NCBI GenBank assembly: GCA_965205155.1
Contig: OZ242033.1
Coordinates: forward strand, 84,688 to 148,687
Direction of reading: 5' to 3'
DNA length: 64,000 bases
From: Candidatus Aldehydirespirator sp.
GTDB lineage: Bacteria; Actinomycetota; Acidimicrobiia; Acidimicrobiales; Aldehydirespiratoraceae
Position numbers and translations under genes: made by a program. Positions 57,800 through 64,000 of the stretch are shown piece by piece. The stretch's first letter is position 1, and every line of letters starts with the position of its first letter. A model generated the notes under the pieces. That model had not been told where the DNA came from and ran no database searches. It worked only from the letters and a program-made list of their open reading frames with translations.

Positions 57800-59986
57800 G
57801 TGCTGGCCGCAGGCGCCTTGGTCGCATCGCTCCTCGCGGTCGGGGCCGGCCCGGCTGCTGCGCTCGACGAGGACTCGAAGGCCAACAAGAAGGCTGCAAC
57901 GTCCGCGTGTGTGGGCGACGCCGCGAACGATCAGATGTTCCCGGACGTGTCCGAGGGGCACGCCTTCCGCGACGCCATCAACTGTCTGGCCTACTACGGG
58001 GTGACCGTCGGCTACGGCGACGGCACGTTCCGGCCGAACGTTGATGTGACCCGGTTCCAGATGGTCCTGTTCATGGAGCGGGCCGCTGGCATCGCCGGCG
58101 CGGACGCTGAGGATGTCGTGGGCGATTTCGCCGAGACAGGCTCGGACCCGGTGAACCGGGGCGACATGGCGCTGCTGATCGCCAGGCTGCTCGCCGCGGC
58201 GACCTCCGCGGAGTCGCCGGTCAACGTCAAGACCAACGACGACGGCACGTTCACGGTCGACGGCGTGGCAGCCAAGGACTGGGACTACTTCGCCGACTCC
58301 CGCCGCTCGCAGAACCGCGTCCATGACAGCGCGGCCAGCACGTTGTATGAGCTGGGTGTGGCTTCGGGGACCGGTATGGGCTACTTCTCTCCGGACGCCA
58401 CGGTGACCCGTGGTGCGATGGCTGCGTTCATCACCAGGGCGCTGGCTCACACCACTGCCCGTCCCGAGGGCGTGACCATCCAGTCCGACGGTCCCGGCGA
58501 GGTGATCATCTCGGTCCGTGACGCCAACTTCCATCCGGCCGCCAACGCACAGCTCGACATCTTCTCGGCTAGTGCGGACAGGGTCGACGAGGCCTTCAAG
58601 GACGACGGCACCTGCAACGCGCCACGCCTCACGGGTGTGGCCGGCAACGCCACGGTGTGCGAGATCGATGGGCTCGACGCCATAACCAACCTCAGCGGTG
58701 ACTTCGACCCCGGCCTGATCACTGTGAACGTGAAGGCGGGCGGCACCACCGTGTGGGCTTGGACCGGAGAGTCCGGCGACAAGGTGGAGGACGGCGGCGA
58801 GGGGCTCGCCAGCATCGTCCTCACCGAGGCAGCTCCAGTGACGGCCACTGACGCCAAGGTCAAGACCGACATGGCCAGGGGTGTGACCCGTGTTCACTTC
58901 GGCAGCACCGTGACCGTGACGATCCAGCTGGTCGGCGACGTAGCTTCGAACCGTGCGGATGCTGTGCCACTTCCAGATGGAAGCAACAACAGCTACACGG
59001 TCACCATCCGTCGTGCCACCGACACGAACACACGGACGGACGGCACGCCGGATGCTGTGACTGACGCCACTGCGTCGAGCAAGACAACCCAGGTGCTCAA
59101 GGTCGACGCCACCGGCAAGGCCACGTTCGAGATCACGGCCTCCGATCCTGATGCCACCGACCGGAACAATCCGGACGGTGCCGACGCTTCGGGTACTGAT
59201 CCTGCGGTGCCCGACAAGATCGACCGCGTGAGGGTCACGTACGAAGTGGCACCAGCCACCACAAATGGCGGGCCGGCGGTCGACAATGACATCTCGGACA
59301 CTACCGCTGGGTCGCAGACGATCACGTTCTCCGACGCCAAGGCGGTGATGGCCGGTGCATCCGTGAAGCCCGCGACCTCCTTCCTGACTCGACCCAAGAG
59401 CGGCAAGGCCAGCAACGTGGCCACCGTGACGGTGGTCGATCAGTACGGCAGGCCCGTACGCGGCCATCTGGTGAGGCTGAGCTCGACACACGTTCCGGCC
59501 ACTGACAGAGCGTCGACCTTCCCGGTCGCCCGCCGGACCGACTCCTCTGGCTCGGTCCGCATCGGGTACACCTACGAGGGTGCCGGCTCAGTGGAGACGA
59601 TCGCAGTGAATACGGCCTCTGACACGACAGCCGCAGCGGATCTCGTCCCGATCACTGGTGCCACGGCAGACTTCTACTGGGTAGCACCAGCGGCAGGCCC
59701 GGACGTCGCAAGTGGAAGGGTTCTGGCGGCCGACCTCGAGCGGAACACGATCATCGTCGAGGACACCACTGACGGTCCGCAGTTGGTCCTCTACGACGAC
59801 AACGACCAGTACGCCGTAGGAGCATCCGGTGAAGAGGCCCTCACGAGCATGGCTGCCTTCGAGGAGGCGCTCACCGCCGACGGGCAGCGCACGGCCGGCC
59901 GGAACGACACGGTCGTGGTGTCCTCGTACGACGGCACCGATCCCACGGATGTCGCGAGGTTCGTGCTGACCGTGGTGGCCAACTAA
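57800..59986 (+). CDS. SLH-domain surface (S-layer-like) protein
   Basis: Signal-like LAAGALVASLLAVG; SLH FPDV...GYGDGTFRP...VTR; Ig-like Thr/Asp-rich C-terminus. Exact start uncertain. Confidence 0.8.
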   Translation: MLAAGALVASLLAVGAGPAAALDEDSKANKKAATSACVGDAANDQMFPDVSEGHAFRDAINCLAYYGVTVGYGDGTFRPNVDVTRFQMVLFMERAAGIAGADAEDVVGDFAETGSDPVNRGDMALLIARLLAAATSAESPVNVKTNDDGTFTVDGVAAKDWDYFADSRRSQNRVHDSAASTLYELGVASGTGMGYFSPDATVTRGAMAAFITRALAHTTARPEGVTIQSDGPGEVIISVRDANFHPAANAQLDIFSASADRVDEAFKDDGTCNAPRLTGVAGNATVCEIDGLDAITNLSGDFDPGLITVNVKAGGTTVWAWTGESGDKVEDGGEGLASIVLTEAAPVTATDAKVKTDMARGVTRVHFGSTVTVTIQLVGDVASNRADAVPLPDGSNNSYTVTIRRATDTNTRTDGTPDAVTDATASSKTTQVLKVDATGKATFEITASDPDATDRNNPDGADASGTDPAVPDKIDRVRVTYEVAPATTNGGPAVDNDISDTTAGSQTITFSDAKAVMAGASVKPATSFLTRPKSGKASNVATVTVVDQYGRPVRGHLVRLSSTHVPATDRASTFPVARRTDSSGSVRIGYTYEGAGSVETIAVNTASDTTAAADLVPITGATADFYWVAPAAGPDVASGRVLAADLERNTIIVEDTTDGPQLVLYDDNDQYAVGASGEEALTSMAAFEEALTADGQRTAGRNDTVVVSSYDGTDPTDVARFVLTVVAN

Positions 59987-59992
59987 CCCAAA

Positions 59993-60041
59993 GGGCGGGA
60001 GCGGCTCCGGGCCGGCAAGGCCCGGGGCCATCCCACCCGCC
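59993..60041 (+). terminator. GC-rich stem-loop after SLH protein 1
   Basis: ggctccgggcc-ggcaa-ggcccggggcc inner stem plus outer ggcggg/cccgcc pairing. Confidence 0.6.
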
Positions 60042-60063
60042 TGATACAACCACCAACCCCGAG

Positions 60064-60091
60064 AAGGCCCCGGCACTTATCGCCGGGGCCT
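60064..60091. terminator. Second stem-loop in the SLH1-SLH2 spacer
   Basis: aggccccggc-acttatc-gccggggcct. Confidence 0.5.
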
Positions 60092-60198
60092 CCTCGCGTC
60101 TCCTCGCAAGTGACTCCAGGCGATGCGCCACTCGTGCATTCGCAGGCAGGCGCTAGCCTGACCGTAGGTGTTCCAGCCACAAGCCAAGGAGGAACCCA

Positions 60199-62262
60199 AT
60201 GCCTCAGCCAGTGACGAAGCGGCGTTCGGGCACGTCGATCCTTGCCGCGGGCGCGCTGGTCGCCTCGCTTCTCGCGGTTGGGGCGCGCCCGGCGGCCGCG
60301 GTCGAGACCGTTGCCGACCATGCGACCCCGGTCACCGCCTGCATTGGTGATGCTCTCACGGACCGGATGTTCTCCGACGTGTCCCAGGGGCATGTCTTCC
60401 GGGACGCGATCAACTGCCTGGCCTACTACGGCGTGACCGTCGGCTACGGCGACGGCACATACGGGCCGAGCCGCAATGTGACCCGGTTCGAGATGGTGCT
60501 GTTCATGGAACGATCGGCCCGCGTCGCCGGGGCGGACCCCGCCACTGTCGTGGCCGACTTCGCCACGACGGGCTCCGACCCCGTGAACCGGGCCGACATG
60601 GCGTTGCTGATCGCCAGGCTGCTCGCCTCGGCAACCAACAACGACTCCCGCGTGAACGTGGTACTGGAATCCGACGGCACCTTCACCGTCGGCGGGGCCG
60701 AGCCCGACGACTCGTTCATCGACTCGCGCCAGCGTCAGCCCCGGACCAAGGACAGCGCGGCCAGCGCGCTGTTCGAGCTGGGTGTGGCCAGCGGTACCGG
60801 GGGCGGCAACTTCTCACCGGAGGCGCCCGTGAAGCGCGGGGAGATGGCCGCGTTCATCACCCGCGCCCTGGCCCACACCACGGCCCGGCCCGAGGGTGTG
60901 TCGATCCAGCAGCACCTGCCCGGCGAGGTGACCGTGTCGGTCCGCAACGAGGTCTTCGCCCCGGTCGTCGGCGCGGCGCTCGACGTCTTCTCGATCGGCT
61001 CGCCGGACGCCGGCCGGGCTTTCCGCAGCGACGGGTCGTGCAGTTCCCTCGTCAACGACGAGTCGGGCAGCACATCCTGCGTGATCGATGTTCTCGACCC
61101 GGTGACAGAGCCCAACGGAGACTTCACGGTCGGTCTCGCCGCCACCGACGAGCAGAAGGTGACCGTATGGGCCTGGACAGGAGCACTCGGGGACGTGGCC
61201 CGCAGCGGGGACGGCAGGCTCGTCAGCGTCGAGGTGAGCACCCAGGGCGTGGAGGCGACCGGCGCGAAGGTCAGCAACAGCCTGCCCGAGAATGCGACCC
61301 ATGTCCGTTTCGGCACGACCGTCACCGTCACCGTCCAGTTGGTCGGCGTGAACGGCTTGCGAGCGGTTCCACCCGAGGACGGCGCCTCCTACACGATCAG
61401 GAGGGAGGCCTTCAACAGCATCGACGCTCCGGCCACCCCCAGCGGCGACCTCACGCAGAGGAGGACAGAAACTCTCGAAGTGGACAGCACCGGCAAGATC
61501 GAGTTCACCCTCGACGGGGTCGATCCGGATTCCAACGACACCGGAGACACCGCCCCCGACGAGATCCTGTGGCGCTACACCGTCACCCCAGTCGGCGACA
61601 GCCCCCCATTCGACGTGCCGGTCGAGGACGTGGAGGTGCGCTTCACCGACGCCAAACCGGCTGCGACCACAATCGACGTGGCCACTCAGGCCAAGTACCT
61701 GCGGGTTGCGAGGTCGAGATCGCAGCCGTCCAGCAATGTGGTGGTCGCCACTGTCACCGATCAGTACGGCCAGCCGTTCAGGGGTGCCAGTGTGACGCTC
61801 ACGAGCGACAGTACATTTTCCACGTCCTTCAGCGACGTGACCACAGGCTCGTCGGGGACAGCCCGGATCGCCTATCGACACTCGGGCACCGAAGGCCGTC
61901 GCGAGACCCTGACCGCAACCCTCGCGGACGGCACCACCGACACCGTCGAATTCCTGTGGGTCGCGGATCCTCCGGCCGCTTCCGAAGAGACGACCGGCGG
62001 CGGGAGATACAGGGTGCTCGCGGCCGACCACCAACGCAACGAGGTCGTCGTCGAGCTGGCCGTCGGTTTCGGGGCCCTGGCAGTGGTCGTCTACGACGGC
62101 AACGATCGGTTCCGTCTCGACGGCAGGATCGTGTCGCTGAACGTCTTCGAGAGCGTTCTCGCCAACGAGTTGGACGATGACGCGAGCGTCCTGCTGCTCG
62201 GCTGGGCATCACGCGATCCCGACAACCAAGCCGATCGCACCGACTGGTTCCTCACCAGCTAG
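60199..62262 (+). CDS. SLH-domain surface protein, paralog of 57800-59986
   Basis: AAGGAGG RBS; near-identical SLH blocks (FRDAINCLAYYGVTVGYGDGT; AFITRALAHTTARPEGV). Confidence 0.85.
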   Translation: MPQPVTKRRSGTSILAAGALVASLLAVGARPAAAVETVADHATPVTACIGDALTDRMFSDVSQGHVFRDAINCLAYYGVTVGYGDGTYGPSRNVTRFEMVLFMERSARVAGADPATVVADFATTGSDPVNRADMALLIARLLASATNNDSRVNVVLESDGTFTVGGAEPDDSFIDSRQRQPRTKDSAASALFELGVASGTGGGNFSPEAPVKRGEMAAFITRALAHTTARPEGVSIQQHLPGEVTVSVRNEVFAPVVGAALDVFSIGSPDAGRAFRSDGSCSSLVNDESGSTSCVIDVLDPVTEPNGDFTVGLAATDEQKVTVWAWTGALGDVARSGDGRLVSVEVSTQGVEATGAKVSNSLPENATHVRFGTTVTVTVQLVGVNGLRAVPPEDGASYTIRREAFNSIDAPATPSGDLTQRRTETLEVDSTGKIEFTLDGVDPDSNDTGDTAPDEILWRYTVTPVGDSPPFDVPVEDVEVRFTDAKPAATTIDVATQAKYLRVARSRSQPSSNVVVATVTDQYGQPFRGASVTLTSDSTFSTSFSDVTTGSSGTARIAYRHSGTEGRRETLTATLADGTTDTVEFLWVADPPAASEETTGGGRYRVLAADHQRNEVVVELAVGFGALAVVVYDGNDRFRLDGRIVSLNVFESVLANELDDDASVLLLGWASRDPDNQADRTDWFLTS

Positions 62263-62489
62263 CGGGCTGTCCAGTAACCTTCGCGCGCGTGTCCCGGCTG
62301 CGGTGATGTGCTAGAGGGCGGATTCGCGTCACTGTCAACCTGACGAACGGTCGTAATCGCTGTCCTCGTGCGGCCGCTCCTTGATAGCCCAAGTATGGCC
62401 TTTGAGCTGGGATTTCTTTGGCTAGGTCGTCGCTCGCCAGAGACGTAGTACCGTAAGTGATACGGACTCTGCGCCGAAGGGAGGCCAAG

Positions 62490-62660
62490 ATGTCTGATCA
62501 GCCGATTCTCACACCCGAATTGAAGGCGGACGCGAAGAGGGCACGGGAGGAGACTAATCGTCTCTACGACGAAGACCCTGACCGTGAGGGGATGACCAGC
62601 GACGCTTTGATGGAGAGAGCACGCCGAAATCGGGCACTCCAAAACGGTGCCGAGGGGTAA
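62490..62660 (+). CDS. Small charged protein, putative antitoxin
   Basis: AAGGGAGG RBS; 56 aa; overlaps the next ORF by 14 nt. Confidence 0.5.
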   Translation: MSDQPILTPELKADAKRAREETNRLYDEDPDREGMTSDALMERARRNRALQNGAEG

Positions 62661-62922
62661 GTCCGGCTGGAGATGGGAGGGTCTGGCCGACAAGCTCCAA
62701 CAGTGGGGTCATGACCCAGAAATTGACCGCGCTCTAGCAGCTATCTCGGACACGTCCGTTGACATCTTGCCTGGCAGGGCATACCAGGCCGACGCCGACG
62801 GCACGCCGATAGCGGGGGTGCGATACGCGGACGACGGAAATTGGCGGATCTTCTTTACGGTGCTGCTCCGAGAGGATGCGAACGTGTTGATTCTCATGGA
62901 CATCTATCGCCGCCCATGGTGA
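62647..62922 (+). CDS. Small protein with a RelE/ParE-like C-terminus, putative toxin
   Basis: RYADDGNWRIFFTV...VLILMDIYRR resembles the RelE-family YRIVY...VLV pattern. Confidence 0.45.
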   Translation: MPRGKSGWRWEGLADKLQQWGHDPEIDRALAAISDTSVDILPGRAYQADADGTPIAGVRYADDGNWRIFFTVLLREDANVLILMDIYRRPW

Positions 62923-62963
62923 CCGCCCCGAGCAACACCCAGCACCACAACCCGGGAGGGCGC

Positions 62964-63965
62964 TCAATCACGCTTCTCTGTGAGGACGAGGCCCCAGTCG
63001 AAAGCGTACTGGGTGGTGCGGTCATCGTCGTCGTCGGGGTCGCAGGGGGCGCTGGTGCTGCGGTTGATGGTGTTGTCGTCCATGTAGGCGCTGACCCGCA
63101 GAGAACCGGACAGGGGGAGACGGCCGGGCACGTCCTCGACAATGATCTCGATTCCCCCCAGGGGTGCAAGCGTGCTCACCAGAAATTCCGGCGCCGGGAG
63201 GTTCGTCATGTCGTCTGCCGTGTTGGGAGTGCCGGTGAGTTCCAATTCGCTGACCGCGTGGGTCCTCCACACGCTGGAGTTGCGGTCCCGGTATTCGACT
63301 CGGATCAGAGTCACAGCCTCAGCGGATGCCGGAGTTTGGGCCGGGTCCAGGGTTTGGCAGGCGGCCGGGATCTCGTTGCGGAGTTGGTCGTGGGCTGCGG
63401 CTGCCTTGACGGCTTCCAGCGTGAACACAGCGTCGTATGTGCCTGCCACGAGGGTGAACGAGCGGACTGTGCCCTGGTTGCCTCTGGTGGTGTACTTCCG
63501 CGGCGGTGCGGTCGTCGTCGTGGATGGCGGCTGGTTCCCGAACCCGGAGTCACCGGTCGTGCCCGGCGTCCGGCCCTCCAGCGCTCGGACCCGGTTCTCG
63601 AGACGGCTGACCACGTTGTTGTTGTAGCGGTGCAGGAACGTGACCGATTCGGCTCTGTTCACCGTCCTCTCGGGGCAGAAGTACGTGCCGTCGCGACATC
63701 CATACGTGATGCTGTTCTGAGAGGCCCACTGCACCGCGTCGCGGGCGTAATGGTTGTCGGGCACGTCACGGAACGTGCCGATCCCCTGTGCGAGCGCCAC
63801 GGCGGCCGCCGTCAACGCAACAGCGGCGGCGACCACCCCGACGGCCAGCCGGGACGCGCGCCGCTCCCACACACGCCGTAGACGTCCATCTCGCCCGCGG
63901 CGGCCGCCCTGACGGCCATCCGAGCCGTGCGCCTCGGGTTCGCCGGAGGGGGGAGTCGTGATCAT
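62964..63965 (-). CDS. SLH-domain secreted protein
   Basis: AAAGGAG RBS, TM/signal segment, FRDVPDNHYARDAVQW...FCPERTVNRAE SLH unit, short coiled coil, beta-rich C-terminus. Confidence 0.8.
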   Translation of the reverse strand: MITTPPSGEPEAHGSDGRQGGRRGRDGRLRRVWERRASRLAVGVVAAAVALTAAAVALAQGIGTFRDVPDNHYARDAVQWASQNSITYGCRDGTYFCPERTVNRAESVTFLHRYNNNVVSRLENRVRALEGRTPGTTGDSGFGNQPPSTTTTAPPRKYTTRGNQGTVRSFTLVAGTYDAVFTLEAVKAAAAHDQLRNEIPAACQTLDPAQTPASAEAVTLIRVEYRDRNSSVWRTHAVSELELTGTPNTADDMTNLPAPEFLVSTLAPLGGIEIIVEDVPGRLPLSGSLRVSAYMDDNTINRSTSAPCDPDDDDDRTTQYAFDWGLVLTEKRD

Positions 63966-64000
63966 GGCCGTTGTCCTCTCCTTTGGTGCAGCCTATTCGG

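Noticed and set aside
62262-62450. Possible ncRNA or riboswitch in the AT-richer spacer
   Set aside because: No recognisable conserved motif or convincing extended structure by eye.

Overview
High-GC bacterial chromosome segment. By inference it is Actinomycetota, probably Acidimicrobiia: Actinobacteria-type pyrE and VapB, many leaderless starts, several SLH-domain surface proteins. 1-2 kb: end of the succinate dehydrogenase operon (sdhA partial, sdhB) and a DUF368 membrane protein. 2-40 kb: a large catabolic island with two sugar-type ABC systems, two FGGY kinases, two class II aldolases, three TIM-barrel isomerases/epimerases, three Gfo/Idh/MocA oxidoreductases, an SDR, a P450, two PhyH-type dioxygenases, AcnA, PrpF, a citrate-synthase-family enzyme, a family III CoA-transferase, a mutarotase-like protein, an MR/MLE dehydratase and two GntR regulators. 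Several of these enzymes carry non-canonical active-site residues. 40-64 kb: an accessory region with small membrane/coiled-coil genes, TA modules, DUF3179, TPR, sulfotransferase/DUF1214, EamA, pyrE, a LuxR-HTH locus, an MBL-fold protein, a solo P4-type integrase and four SLH proteins, one of which is an SLH-betaine-binding-M6 protease fusion. Short tandem duplications are frequent and often sit exactly on gene junctions or stop codons. No rRNA, tRNA or CRISPR array was recognised. All family calls come from motif recognition by eye; no database search was run.
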